64,000 bases of DNA from Terriglobia bacterium (GCA_963695545.1 OY968796.1:1536001-1600000); one strand, 5' to 3'. Counted from the stretch's first letter, positions 20,819 to 31,463 are shown. A program made the numbers and translations. The notes: a model not told the origin generated them from the letters alone.

Positions 20819-22024
20819 ATGGAATTCTTTAAGCAGGTAGATCTCGACTGGATGGGCAAGACGAAGTACTTCGTCGCCCTTTCCTTGAGTCTGTTGATCA
20901 TCGGCGGAGCCTCCTGGATTCACAAGGGAAGTCTCCAGTACGGTATCGATTTCAAAGGCGGAACGCTCGTTGACGTGCTCTTTGCCGGCGCGCCGCCGAT
21001 CGACAAGATCCATCAGGGTTTGGCCCAACAGGGCCTGGGCGACAGCGAAATCGAGCCAATGCGGGAAACCTGGGCCACAAGTTCGAATGAGGTCGAGATT
21101 GGCCTCAATGAAGCAGGGGAAGGCCAGCAAGCTCTGGACTTCGGCAAGACCGCCGTTCTGAATGCCCTCCATGGTATATACGGCGCGGGCGAACCGGGAA
21201 AGAGCGATTTCAATGCCACGGGTCCAACGGAGCTGGCTGACTATTTGACGCGCAAAGATCCTCTGAATCTCGGAACGGCTGCCGGCGACAGATACACGCA
21301 ATTGGCCAAACAATTGACCGATTATCGCGATCACGATCTGCACGGATTAGTCACCGACCTGGGACAACTTGCGAGCGCCGGCGCCACTCCCGCCGTCGTG
21401 TCCGCCCTGAACGATGGTTACTATCCAGGTGACTTTGCCGTCATTCACACCGAGATCGTTGGTCCCAAAGTGGGAGCCGAGCTCCGCAGGCAGGCGATCT
21501 TGGTTACCCTCTATGCTTTGGCGGGCATGTTGGTATATATTGCGTTCCGCTTCGAGTGGGTGTACGGTGCTGCGGCTGTTCTGGCGGTCTTTCACGACGT
21601 CTTGATCACGCTGGGGCTGTTTTCGCTTCTGCACTTTGAGATTTCGCTGACGGTCATTGCGGCTTTACTGACCCTGGTGGGTTATTCGATGAACGATACG
21701 ATCGTGATCTTCGATCGTATCCGGGAAAATTTGCGGCTGATGCGGCGAGAGCCGTTCACGGCGATCGTGAATCGCTCCATCAATCAGACGCTCTCGCGAA
21801 CCATCCTGACCAGTGGTCTTACGTTTCTCACCGTGCTCGTGCTGTTCCTGATGGGCGGGCAGGTGCTGCGCAGCTTTTCTTTCGCGCTGGTCGTCGGCAT
21901 TTTGGTGGGCACATATTCGAGTTTTGGAATTGCCGCACCCCTGGTGGTGGCTTGGAACCACTGGAGGGACCAGGGAGTGGCGGTCGCCGGAACCGCAGCC
22001 GGTAACAAGGCCCGCAGGGCTTAG
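20819..22024 (+). CDS. secF: Protein translocase subunit SecF
   Basis: GIDFKGG, VGPKVG, HD, GYSMNDTIVIFDRIRE, GTYSS. Confidence 0.97.
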   Translation: MEFFKQVDLDWMGKTKYFVALSLSLLIIGGASWIHKGSLQYGIDFKGGTLVDVLFAGAPPIDKIHQGLAQQGLGDSEIEPMRETWATSSNEVEIGLNEAGEGQQALDFGKTAVLNALHGIYGAGEPGKSDFNATGPTELADYLTRKDPLNLGTAAGDRYTQLAKQLTDYRDHDLHGLVTDLGQLASAGATPAVVSALNDGYYPGDFAVIHTEIVGPKVGAELRRQAILVTLYALAGMLVYIAFRFEWVYGAAAVLAVFHDVLITLGLFSLLHFEISLTVIAALLTLVGYSMNDTIVIFDRIRENLRLMRREPFTAIVNRSINQTLSRTILTSGLTFLTVLVLFLMGGQVLRSFSFALVVGILVGTYSSFGIAAPLVVAWNHWRDQGVAVAGTAAGNKARRA

Positions 22025-22064
22025 GCGTTGCAGGCGCCGAAGCCGTTCGGGAGGAGCGTGCGAT

Positions 22065-22808
22065 ATGTTTGACGATATGATCGAATCGACAGGCAACAGG
22101 GCCACCAGGAAGCCTTGGACCGTATTCGTGTCCTTGCTCTTCCAGGTGTTTCTCATCGGGATACTCGTCCTGATCCCTCTGATCTACACCCAGGCGCTTC
22201 CCAAGGAGTCGCTGGCGATGATGCTCACCGCGCCGCCTCCGCCCCCTCCTCCGCCCCCTCCTCCTCCCCCTGCCGCCGAGGTCAAAATTGTAAAGCCTAT
22301 GGTGCGGTTGCTGCACAACGGCGAATTGACGGCGCCGCGCGCGATTCCTAAGCAGGTCACTATGGTTAAGGAACAGGAAATGCCGCCGGATGTTGCCATG
22401 GGCGGCGTGGCCGGCGGCGTGCCAGGCGGCGTCGAAGGCGGATCCGATGGCGGCGTAATGGGTGGCATCCTGGGTGATACCGGCCCGGCCGCGCCGCCTC
22501 CTCCCAAGCAGACACCTAAGTCCGTTCGCTTGGGCGGCAACGTCATGCAGGCGAAACTGGTCAGCGAGCCGATGCCCGTGTATCCTCCGCTGGCACGGCA
22601 GGCGCGCATCCAAGGCAACGTTGTGCTGCATGCGATCATCTCGAAGGAAGGGCGCGTCGAGCAGTTGTCCGTAATTTCGGGGCACCCTCTGCTGATTCAG
22701 GCGGCGCTTGATGCCGTCCGTCAGTGGCGCTATCAACCCACCGAGTTGAACGGCGATCCTGTCGAAGTAGACACGACCATCACCGTCACGTTTACGATGG
22801 GGAATTAG
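22065..22808 (+). CDS. tonB: Energy transducer TonB
   Basis: GGAGGAG RBS; N-terminal TM, poly-Pro tract, C-terminal YPPLARQARIQGNV..AVRQWRY. Confidence 0.9.
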   Translation: MFDDMIESTGNRATRKPWTVFVSLLFQVFLIGILVLIPLIYTQALPKESLAMMLTAPPPPPPPPPPPPPAAEVKIVKPMVRLLHNGELTAPRAIPKQVTMVKEQEMPPDVAMGGVAGGVPGGVEGGSDGGVMGGILGDTGPAAPPPPKQTPKSVRLGGNVMQAKLVSEPMPVYPPLARQARIQGNVVLHAIISKEGRVEQLSVISGHPLLIQAALDAVRQWRYQPTELNGDPVEVDTTITVTFTMGN

Positions 22809-22923
22809 GGGACGCGGCAGTCGACGGCGCCGCGGCTTTGCGAATTTATCGATTTAGGGCGCGGCCGGATCTCTGTTTGGCTAGCCGCAGCCGATAGTCT
22901 TTGAAAGAAAAGGAGCAACGTCT

Positions 22924-23646
22924 ATGCTTGCAAATGCAGCGGTAATGGCAATGAACACATGGGTCCTGCAGGCCGGCAATTGGGACTTGCGGAGCATGTG
23001 GGGCACCATGAGCGACCTCGCCAGGGTCGTCGTCTTCATCCTGTTCATCATGTCGGCCTGGTCGCTCGGCGTGATGATTGACCGCGTCTTGATGTACAGC
23101 GCGGCGCGCAAGCAGTCGCGCATCTTCGTGCAGCAAGTGGCGGGCGCGCTGCGAGAGGGCAAGCTCGACGAAGCCATCTCCATCGCCGAGCGCAACAAGA
23201 AGAGCCACATTGCCAAGGTTGTGGCCACGGGCCTTTCCGAATTCCAGACCGCCTCCGCGCAGGTGTCCGACGCCGAATTGATCGAAGCCGCAAAGCGCGG
23301 TCTCGAGCGCTCGGTGGCCATCGTGCACGCCGAAATGAAGCGCGGCCTCTCGGGTCTCGCGACCATCGGCTCCACGGCGCCCTTCGTCGGACTGTTCGGC
23401 ACCGTGGTCGGCATCATCAACGCCTTCAAGGGCATCGAGAGCTCCAAAGCTTCCGGCCTCTCCGCCGTCGCCGGCGGTATTTCCGAAGCCCTGGTCACCA
23501 CCGCGCTCGGCTTGCTGGTTGCCGTGCCCGCCGTCTGGGCGTACAACTATTTCGTGAACAAGGTCGAGGCTTTCGACGTCGAGATGGACAACTCCTCGAT
23601 GGAGTTGGTCAACTACTTCATCACGCGTCGCGCCGGAAAGAAGTAG
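22924..23646 (+). CDS. exbB: MotA/TolQ/ExbB proton channel protein
   Basis: LATIGSTAPFVGLFGTVVGI, GISEALVTTALGL. Confidence 0.93.
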   Translation: MLANAAVMAMNTWVLQAGNWDLRSMWGTMSDLARVVVFILFIMSAWSLGVMIDRVLMYSAARKQSRIFVQQVAGALREGKLDEAISIAERNKKSHIAKVVATGLSEFQTASAQVSDAELIEAAKRGLERSVAIVHAEMKRGLSGLATIGSTAPFVGLFGTVVGIINAFKGIESSKASGLSAVAGGISEALVTTALGLLVAVPAVWAYNYFVNKVEAFDVEMDNSSMELVNYFITRRAGKK

Positions 23647-23650
23647 GCCC

Positions 23651-24100
23651 ATGGCGTACAAACCCCAAGCCGGCGCGGTGATGGCCGCGCCGAACGTCGT
23701 GCCCATGGCCGACGTCATGCTCGTGCTGCTGATCATCTTTATGGTGATCACGCCCATGCTCACGCACGGCGAAGCAGTGAACATGGCCACCGTGCAGAAC
23801 GCCACCGATATGCCCGATGCCGATAAGGACGACGCGATCATCGTCGCCGTCTCCCAGAGTGGCGATGTGTACCTCGGAACCGACAAGATCTCGCTCGGAG
23901 ATCTCACCACCAAAGTTGAGGACAAGCTCTCGAGTCGGACCGATAAAACGGTTTTCGTGCGAAGCGATGCGCGCGCCCATTACGGCGACGTGGTTGCCGT
24001 CGTGGACGCCGTGCGCTCCGCCGGCGTGGATCATATCGGTCTTTTGACCTCGCGCTCGCAACCGCAGGAAGAGGCGCCACCACCGCCTCCATCGGATTAA
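23651..24100 (+). CDS. exbD: ExbD/TolR family protein
   Basis: NVVPMADVMLVLLIIFMV with conserved TM Asp. Confidence 0.92.
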   Translation: MAYKPQAGAVMAAPNVVPMADVMLVLLIIFMVITPMLTHGEAVNMATVQNATDMPDADKDDAIIVAVSQSGDVYLGTDKISLGDLTTKVEDKLSSRTDKTVFVRSDARAHYGDVVAVVDAVRSAGVDHIGLLTSRSQPQEEAPPPPPSD

Positions 24101-24153
24101 CGCACGAACATAGTTTGTTTCGGCGGATGCAATCCGCCAGGAGCTGAACTGCC

Positions 24154-24585
24154 ATGGGAATGGAAGTAGGAGGAAAAAAGGGCGGGCCGATGGCTTCGAT
24201 GAACATCGTGCCGCTGATCGATATTTTGCTGGTGCTGCTGATCATTTTCATGGTCATCACGCCGCTGAATGAGCACGGGCTGGACGCGCTCGTGCCCCAG
24301 CCCCCGCCGCCGAATCAGCAGGACCAACCGACTGCCAACACCACGATCGTGGTCTCGGTGCTGGCCGACGGAAAAGTCGAAATCAACCAGGATCCGCCCA
24401 CCGATTGGGATGCGCTCGGTCCGCGTTTGACGGACATCTTCAAATTGCGCGCCGAAAAAGTGGCCTTCGTCAAAGCGGACGACTCTGTCCACTTTGCCGA
24501 CGTCGCCCGGGCCATTGACATCATGAAAGCATCCGGCATCGACTCGGTAGGCTTGATTACGGCCAAGATCCTGGCTGGCCAGTAG
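24154..24585 (+). CDS. exbD: ExbD/TolR family protein (second copy)
   Basis: NIVPLIDILLVLLIIFMV with conserved TM Asp. Confidence 0.92.
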   Translation: MGMEVGGKKGGPMASMNIVPLIDILLVLLIIFMVITPLNEHGLDALVPQPPPPNQQDQPTANTTIVVSVLADGKVEINQDPPTDWDALGPRLTDIFKLRAEKVAFVKADDSVHFADVARAIDIMKASGIDSVGLITAKILAGQ

Positions 24586-24714
24586 TTGGTTGCGTTTGGA
24601 TCGGCGCCGCCCCCGTCGGAAGCTGGGAGTGCTGCGCGGCGAAAATCGACGGAAATTCTAATGACCCGTCTCGGGGAGATGCACAAAACCTTCGCACGAA
24701 TGGAACCTCGAACT

Positions 24715-25575
24715 ATGACTCCAGTCGCAAGCCGTGTGTGCTCTCGAAAGAATATGTCTGCCGCCTGGCTGATGCTGGCCGCCGCGGCGGCTCTGGTTGG
24801 CGCGGGAGGTTGCGACAAACTGAAAGCGCGCGACCTCTTGAACAAAGGCGTCGCAGCCTACCGCAACCAGCAATACGATCAGGCCGTCGAGGATTTCAAG
24901 GAAGCCAAGGACCTCGATCCCAGCCTGCTCAACGCCAGGCTTTATCTCGCTACGGCCTACGCCACTCAGTACATTCCAGGCGCGCCGTCTGACGACAATC
25001 TCCGAATGGGGCAGCAGGCCATCGCCGAGTTTCAGGACGTTCTGCAGATTGACCCGGCCAATCTCACGGCCATTGACGGTATCGGCTCCATGACGTTCCA
25101 GATGGCGGCCAGTCCATTCAATGCGGATAAACTTAAGGAAGCGGAAAGCTACCAGGAGAAGCACATCGACATTAAGCCGGACGATCCGCAACCCTATTAC
25201 TGGGTCGGCGTGATCGATTGGACCCTCGCCTATCACGCGAACGCCGAAATTCGCGCGAAGTACAATTCGGAAAATCCCAGAAAACAAATCCACGATGCGG
25301 ATCCGCTGCCGCCCGCTGTTCGTGACCAATACGCCCAGGACTACGGCCCCATGGTCGACGATGGCATCGCGAAGCTCAACAAAGCCATCGAGCTCCAACC
25401 CGATTACGATGACGCCATGGCCTATCTCAATCTTCTGCTGCGTCGCAAGGCCGACATGGTCACGAGTGACGATGAGCGCGCCGCCCTTGAAAAGCAGGCT
25501 GACGATCTGGTCGATAAGGTTAAGGAAATCAAGGAACAGAAGGCCGAAGCGGCGGCAACCGCAAATCCCGGCTAA
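24715..25575 (+). CDS. TPR-repeat lipoprotein (start uncertain)
   Basis: Lipobox-like AGGC; TPR-like helices (LNKGVAAY..AKDLDP, KAIELQPDYDDAMAYL). Confidence 0.8.
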   Translation: MTPVASRVCSRKNMSAAWLMLAAAAALVGAGGCDKLKARDLLNKGVAAYRNQQYDQAVEDFKEAKDLDPSLLNARLYLATAYATQYIPGAPSDDNLRMGQQAIAEFQDVLQIDPANLTAIDGIGSMTFQMAASPFNADKLKEAESYQEKHIDIKPDDPQPYYWVGVIDWTLAYHANAEIRAKYNSENPRKQIHDADPLPPAVRDQYAQDYGPMVDDGIAKLNKAIELQPDYDDAMAYLNLLLRRKADMVTSDDERAALEKQADDLVDKVKEIKEQKAEAAATANPG

Positions 25576-25621
25576 CATCTGACCGCGCGCGATTCATCAC
25601 CAATTCTTCGAGGGTCTTTTC

Positions 25622-25653
25622 AAGCGGCGCCTCTCACGCGAGAGGCGCCGCTT
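25622..25653. terminator. Probable bidirectional intrinsic terminator
   Basis: AAGCGGCGCCTCT-cacgcg-AGAGGCGCCGCTT 13-bp perfect stem between convergent genes. Confidence 0.75.
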
Positions 25654-25685
25654 CCTGTTACGGCTCGTGTCCGCGTCCGTAACTC

Positions 25686-27617
25686 TCAGCGCAGCGGAAT
25701 GTCGATCACTTCAATGGTGTTTCCCGGCACGCCATACTTCCACGGACTTGCGGTGACCACCACCTTCGACGTGATGGGGTGAATTGCGTTCGGATGCTCG
25801 ATCGTGTTCGTGGCCCAGCGTGTCGCGCCATGCAGCGTGTACATCGTCGCCTGGCCCGGCACGGCGCCTTTCAGATCGATCGTCAGCAGTTGCGATATGT
25901 CCGAAGCGTTCACCAGCTTGAGGTGCAAAATCTTATGCGACGTCGATACCGTCGCCGACCAGAAAAAGCGCGGATTCAGGTTGCTTCCCGCGGATTGCAC
26001 CGTGTGGTCGCCAATGTGCCCCGCAAAGAGTGCCTGCGCGTAATAGCTCGGCGAGCCATACGAGCTTAACGCATTGTAGCCAATCAAGTCCGTGGCCCAC
26101 TGCATTCCGCCCGGATTTACGTTGGTGAATAGCGGCGCGTAGCTGGCCATCACGATCAGATCGCTATTGCGCTCGAGACTCGTCATCCACGCGGCGTCGC
26201 CCAGCGCCGCGCCAAAATCCGGCGTCGGAGATCCGGTGCGCGTGGCCCATTCGCCCACGAAAACCTTCGGCCCGCTCGTGCGGTCCACACTGTCGTACTT
26301 GTGCACCAGCGCGAACATCTGGTCCGGCGTTTCGTAGTAATGGTCGTCCACCACGTCCGGCGCCACCGTCTTCACCGGCGTGGTCGCGATCAACTTGTAC
26401 TTCGGATACTTCGCGCGAATGGCCGTGGCGAATTGCGCGAAGCGCGCATCGTAGCTGCCCGATTTATCGAACCAATCTTCATTGCCGATCTCGATGTAGT
26501 GCAGCGGAAAGGCCGCCGGATGCCCGTCCTTCGCGCGCTCCGCGCCCCATTTCGTATCCGTGCCGCCGGTCACGTACTCGATCTCGTCGAGCGCGTCCCG
26601 CACGTACGGATCGAGATCCGCCCCCGGCGTCACATGTTCGCCGCGCAGCGAATAGCCCGCATACACCGCCAGCACCGGCTCGATCTTCAGGTCCTCGCAC
26701 CACTCCAGATATTCCAGCAAGCCCATTCCGTCGCTCGAAATATAATTCCACGGACTCCGATGCGTCGGTCGATCCACCAATGGCCCGATGGTTTTCTTCC
26801 AGTCGAATCGCTCCGCGATCGTGTCGCCTTCCAGATAATTCCCTCCCGGCAATCGTAAAAAATGCGGATGCATCGCCGCGAGCAATTCCATCAGGTCCGG
26901 GCGATTTCCATTCGCACGATTGTTGAACGTCGGCGGAAACAGCGAAACCAATTGCAAAGATATCGTGCCCGGCTGCGAGAACGTAATCTCCAGATGGTTC
27001 GTCAAGCTTGCGCCCGCATTTCCGCTCTTCATCGTGTACGCGTAGCGCTGCCAGTCGCCATCCGTCACCGGGATCGTAGCCGTCGCCAGCACCGCGCCAG
27101 TCGTATCCGAAATCAAGCGCGCATGCGCCGCGCCCACGCCCTGAGCCTTGGCATAAAACGATCCGCTGTAGGTCGTCTCCGGACGCACCGCCATCCCCCA
27201 ATAACCGGAATTCGCAACACCCGCTTCATTCCCCGCGGAGGCATCCGCAATCGTCAGCTTCATGCTCCTCCCGAGCGCCGCGCTCGGCCCCGAATCATCG
27301 GCGTCGATGCTCGCCTGCGCATCGCCGTGTGTTACGAGCGTCCAGTGCTCAAATCGCGGCCACCGGCTGCTCAGCGCGCGATTGTTCACCATCTCCGCAT
27401 AAAGCCCGCCATCGTACGAGTAATTGATCTCCTCCGTCATCAACCCATACAGCGTCGGACTAACATCCGACACGCGCGCCGTTGCATCCACAGACAGTTG
27501 CCCGCCGCTCGCCGCTGCACTCGCCCCCGCGCCGGACTGGCTGCCACTTTGCGCACTGAGCGCCGCACCACCGAAAATCAACACGGCAAGTCCCAATCCA
27601 ACCATCGCTTTGATCAC
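25686..27617 (-). CDS. Alpha-L-arabinofuranosidase, GH51, secreted
   Basis: YGLMTEEINYSYDGGLYAEM, RLPGGNYLEG, EIGNE, VGEWA, MASYAPL; signal peptide. Confidence 0.9.
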   Translation of the reverse strand: MIKAMVGLGLAVLIFGGAALSAQSGSQSGAGASAAASGGQLSVDATARVSDVSPTLYGLMTEEINYSYDGGLYAEMVNNRALSSRWPRFEHWTLVTHGDAQASIDADDSGPSAALGRSMKLTIADASAGNEAGVANSGYWGMAVRPETTYSGSFYAKAQGVGAAHARLISDTTGAVLATATIPVTDGDWQRYAYTMKSGNAGASLTNHLEITFSQPGTISLQLVSLFPPTFNNRANGNRPDLMELLAAMHPHFLRLPGGNYLEGDTIAERFDWKKTIGPLVDRPTHRSPWNYISSDGMGLLEYLEWCEDLKIEPVLAVYAGYSLRGEHVTPGADLDPYVRDALDEIEYVTGGTDTKWGAERAKDGHPAAFPLHYIEIGNEDWFDKSGSYDARFAQFATAIRAKYPKYKLIATTPVKTVAPDVVDDHYYETPDQMFALVHKYDSVDRTSGPKVFVGEWATRTGSPTPDFGAALGDAAWMTSLERNSDLIVMASYAPLFTNVNPGGMQWATDLIGYNALSSYGSPSYYAQALFAGHIGDHTVQSAGSNLNPRFFWSATVSTSHKILHLKLVNASDISQLLTIDLKGAVPGQATMYTLHGATRWATNTIEHPNAIHPITSKVVVTASPWKYGVPGNTIEVIDIPLR

Positions 27618-27854
27618 AGGTTACTCCCTTTCAGTTTGCGCAATCGATTGCCCGGCAGCATGCGCTACGGGTATACGTTTACCTGAGCACGCGAGTCAAT
27701 ACCTTCCTGCAGGCAGGTGGGTGTAGCATCACAAAGCTTGAGGCCAATGGTATCGTCATCGATCCTGAGCGCGAGTCCGCGGTCGTAGGCGCGCCGCATT
27801 ACCGTGGCCTGTGCCGAATTCACGGTCTTCGTATCGAATGAGAAGGAATCACGA

Positions 27855-30221
27855 ATGACTTTGCGCGCATTCGCATGCCTATTGATCCTAACCGCTGCAA
27901 TTGCCGGCACTCCCCTGCGGGCCACGCCGGTCACAGCCGTAAGCAAACAAGCCGATGGCGTATCACTCACGATGCAGCCAGGTTTGCTGCGGTTACAGGT
28001 GATGTCCGACGCCGTAATCCGCGTAACCTATGCCGCGGGTAATCAGCTTCCACAACTCCAGAGTTATTCGGTCGTCGCAAAGCCCGACCCCGGCACGAAG
28101 TGGGATATGCGTGAAACGCCCGACGCTGTCATCGTCGAGACTCAATTCATAAAGGCGCGAGTGGATCGGAAGACCGGCGCTGTCGAGTTCCTGGATCGCA
28201 TGAATCATCCCATCCTCACCGAGAGCGCCGCCGGCAGAGACATTTCGCCCGCAATCGAAGCCGGCGTTGCGGGCACGCTCGTCCGCCAGTCATTTGTGCT
28301 CTCGCCCGATGAGGCCATCTATGGATTGGGTCAGCACCAACAGGGAATCTGGAACTACCGCGGCCACGCAGTTCGCCTCTTGCAGGAAAATCGAGAGGTC
28401 GGAGTTCCCGTAATCCTTTCCAGCAAAGGGTATAGCCTGCTCTGGGATAATCCGGCAGTTACGGACATCGATGTCGGCGTCCCAGCGCAGCCTGACGTCA
28501 TCCGCTGGACATCCGAAGTGGGCGACGCCATCGATTACTACTTCATCTTCGGTCCCACGCCGGAAGCCTCGATCCGTCACTACCGCGCACTCACGGGCGA
28601 AGCTCCGTTGATGCCCGAATGGCTTTTTGGTTTTTGGCAAAGTAAGGAACGCTATCGCACCCAAGACGAAGTTCTCGGCGTGGCGCGCCAATATCGCCAG
28701 CTCAACGTGCCGATCGACGGAATCATTCAGGATTGGCGCTATTGGCCCGACAACACCTGGGGGTCTCATCAGTTTGACCCCGCCCGTTATCCCGATCCAG
28801 CCGCGATGACCGCACAACTCCACGACATGCACTACCACATTCTGATTTCGGTGTGGCCGAAGTTCGACCTCGGCACATCCAACTTTCGGCAGCTGGAACA
28901 AGCCGGTGCAATGTTTGACCCGGTAATTCCGTATGTCTTCCCGCCAGGCCAGGGCAAATGGTACGACCCTTTCTCTTCCGCAGGTCGCGAGATCTATTGG
29001 AAGCAGATATCTTCCGAAATCTTCTCGAAAGGTTTCGACGGCTGGTGGCTCGATGCGCCCGAGCCGGAACTCTCCGGAAAGTGGGGCGAGTTCCGCGCCT
29101 TCCGAACGTCTGCCGGCCCCGGTGCACGGGTCTTCAATGCTTACCCCTTGATGCACTCGACCGGCATCTATCAGGGGCAGCGCGCTCAGACCGGCCAGCA
29201 ACGCGTTGTAATCCTCACCCGGTCAGCCTACGCCGGCCAACAACGCAATTCAGCCATCACCTGGTCGGGAGACATCCGCGGCACCTGGCAGGTCTTACGA
29301 GATCAAATTCCCGCAGGACTCAACTTCTCGGTCAGCGGCATCCCTTACTGGAATACCGACATCGGCGGATTCTTCGTCGACGCGAATCCCTCGGATCCGA
29401 GCTACGCGGAAATCTTCGCGCGCTGGTTCGAGTTTGGTTCGTTTTGCCCGATGTTCCGTGTTCATGGCAGCGCTCCCGACGGCGGTACCGGCCCGGGTAA
29501 GGAATATTGGCGCTTCGATGATGCGACACAAGCGATCTGGCGAACCTACGACAATCTGCGCTATCGCCTCATGCCCTACACGTATTCAGTTGCGTGGCAG
29601 GTAACCAGCGCTGGCAGCACCATCATGCGCCCTTTGATCATGGACTTTGCCGGCGACAAAGAAGTCCTCAACATCGGCGACCAATATCTGTTTGGCCCGG
29701 CAATCATGGTCAACCCGGTTACCGCTCAAGGCGCAACCTCGCGGAGGGTCTACTTGCCCGGTAAACTGGCCTGGTACGATTTCTGGACTGGTAAGTCCGA
29801 AGGCCACGGCCGTCATATCGACGCAGCGGCGCCTTTGAAAACCATGCCACTGTACGTTCGCGCAGGTTCAATCATTCCCATGGGCCCATTGCTTCAATAC
29901 GTCGGCGAGAAGCCTGCCAACCCAATCGAGCTTCGTATTTATCGCGGCGCGAACGGCTCGTTCAATTTATACGAAGATGAGGGTGACACATACCATTACG
30001 AGAAAGGCATTTACGCGACAATCCTGTTCACCTGGAACGAAGCAAGTCACACGCTGACCATCGGCGCGCGAAAAGGAAGTTTCCCAGGTATGCTGCAGCA
30101 GCGGACCTTCAACGTCGTCTTTGTGACTGCCAATCGCGGCGTCGGCGTAGACGTCACGACGAATCCCGACCGAACGATCACATATTCCGGCCGGTCGCTT
30201 TCCATTCGCGTCCCGAAATGA
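27855..30221 (+). CDS. GH31 glycosidase (alpha-xylosidase-like), secreted
   Basis: YGLGQ, GFWQSKERY, WWLDAPEP (nucleophile), WSGD, WNTDIGGF, MFRVHG, LYEDEGD; signal peptide. Confidence 0.9.
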   Translation: MTLRAFACLLILTAAIAGTPLRATPVTAVSKQADGVSLTMQPGLLRLQVMSDAVIRVTYAAGNQLPQLQSYSVVAKPDPGTKWDMRETPDAVIVETQFIKARVDRKTGAVEFLDRMNHPILTESAAGRDISPAIEAGVAGTLVRQSFVLSPDEAIYGLGQHQQGIWNYRGHAVRLLQENREVGVPVILSSKGYSLLWDNPAVTDIDVGVPAQPDVIRWTSEVGDAIDYYFIFGPTPEASIRHYRALTGEAPLMPEWLFGFWQSKERYRTQDEVLGVARQYRQLNVPIDGIIQDWRYWPDNTWGSHQFDPARYPDPAAMTAQLHDMHYHILISVWPKFDLGTSNFRQLEQAGAMFDPVIPYVFPPGQGKWYDPFSSAGREIYWKQISSEIFSKGFDGWWLDAPEPELSGKWGEFRAFRTSAGPGARVFNAYPLMHSTGIYQGQRAQTGQQRVVILTRSAYAGQQRNSAITWSGDIRGTWQVLRDQIPAGLNFSVSGIPYWNTDIGGFFVDANPSDPSYAEIFARWFEFGSFCPMFRVHGSAPDGGTGPGKEYWRFDDATQAIWRTYDNLRYRLMPYTYSVAWQVTSAGSTIMRPLIMDFAGDKEVLNIGDQYLFGPAIMVNPVTAQGATSRRVYLPGKLAWYDFWTGKSEGHGRHIDAAAPLKTMPLYVRAGSIIPMGPLLQYVGEKPANPIELRIYRGANGSFNLYEDEGDTYHYEKGIYATILFTWNEASHTLTIGARKGSFPGMLQQRTFNVVFVTANRGVGVDVTTNPDRTITYSGRSLSIRVPK

Positions 30222-30278
30222 CGTCCGCGGCCCCCCAATCCTGAAAAAGAAGATTGCTGTTCACAAAGGAGATTCCGC

Positions 30279-31358
30279 GTGCGTTACAGAAAACTAGCGA
30301 TACTGGCGATTCCCGCCGCCCTCGCGATGCTCGCCGTGTCTCTCGAAACTTTCGGCCAGCGCGCGCCCAAATCCAAGCCGTCCCCGCTGATGGCTCAACT
30401 CGCCCGCTTCACCGCCTCCGACGTTCCGGCCCTCGGCCCCGCCGAAATCGCCGTCGCCCCCCGCTCGTGGGATCAACCCATCCCGCCCGGCTTGCCCGGC
30501 AACGGCGCGGCGCAGCACCCCATGCTTTACGTCGGCGAAGGCTACAACAAAATTTTCCTCGTCAACGGCGGCAAAATCATTTGGACCTATTCCGCCGGCA
30601 CAGGCAATGAATACGACGACGTCTGGATGCTCTCGAACGGCAACATTCTCTTCACCCGCATGCAATACGTCGCCGAGGTCACGCCCGCGAAGCAAGTCGT
30701 CTGGCGTTATGACGCTCCCGCCGGCACCGAAATCCACACCTGCCAGCCCATCGGCCTGAACAAAGTTCTCTTTGTCCTCAATGGCCTCCCGCCCAAACTT
30801 TTGGTCGTCAATATCAAAACCAACAAAATCGAAGTTCAACACGATCTTCCCGCTCCCAGCGCGACCGATACAAAAACCATCCACGCACAGTTCCGCCGCG
30901 TGCGATATACCGCGCAGGGCACCTACCTCTGTTCTTTTCTCGAGATGAACCAGGTCGTCGAATACGATAAGCATTTCAAGGAAATCTGGAAATACGAAAT
31001 CAAAAGCCCCTGGGCCGCCCTGCGCCTCAAAAATGGCGACACCCTGATCACCGACGAGCACGATATTCTCACGCGCGAAGTAAATCCCCAGAAAGAAACC
31101 GTCTGGGAACTCCGCCCCACCGATCTCCCCGAGCCCTTCCGCTACATCAACACGCAAAGCGCCACGCGCCTCGCGAATGGCAACACCATCATCTGCTCCC
31201 GCGGCGGCGACGGAAAAGGCCCCCAGCTCGTCGAAGTCACTCCCGACAAAAAAGTCGCCTGGGTCCTCTGGGACTGGTCCGACTTCGGCCCCGCCACCGC
31301 CGTCCAAATCCTCGATGACCCCGCCATCCCCGAAAAACCCGGCCAATCCCAACACTGA
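30279..31358 (+). CDS. Secreted beta-propeller repeat protein of unknown function
   Basis: AAAGGAG RBS, signal peptide; repeated units (LSNGNILF, LKNGDTLI, LANGNTII; EVTPAKQVVW, EVNPQKETVW, EVTPDKKVAW). Confidence 0.75.
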   Translation: MRYRKLAILAIPAALAMLAVSLETFGQRAPKSKPSPLMAQLARFTASDVPALGPAEIAVAPRSWDQPIPPGLPGNGAAQHPMLYVGEGYNKIFLVNGGKIIWTYSAGTGNEYDDVWMLSNGNILFTRMQYVAEVTPAKQVVWRYDAPAGTEIHTCQPIGLNKVLFVLNGLPPKLLVVNIKTNKIEVQHDLPAPSATDTKTIHAQFRRVRYTAQGTYLCSFLEMNQVVEYDKHFKEIWKYEIKSPWAALRLKNGDTLITDEHDILTREVNPQKETVWELRPTDLPEPFRYINTQSATRLANGNTIICSRGGDGKGPQLVEVTPDKKVAWVLWDWSDFGPATAVQILDDPAIPEKPGQSQH

Positions 31359-31463
31359 CGTGCTGCCGCCATCGCTCATCGCACTCCACGTAAAGTCTCC
31401 CAGGCTTTCAAAACCCCGCTAAACGCGGAGCCTCCCTCGCTTCACTTGCAGCTGCATTACAAG

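Noticed and set aside
22229..22272. CCG/CCT triplet repeat
   Set aside because: Encodes the ordinary poly-proline spacer of TonB
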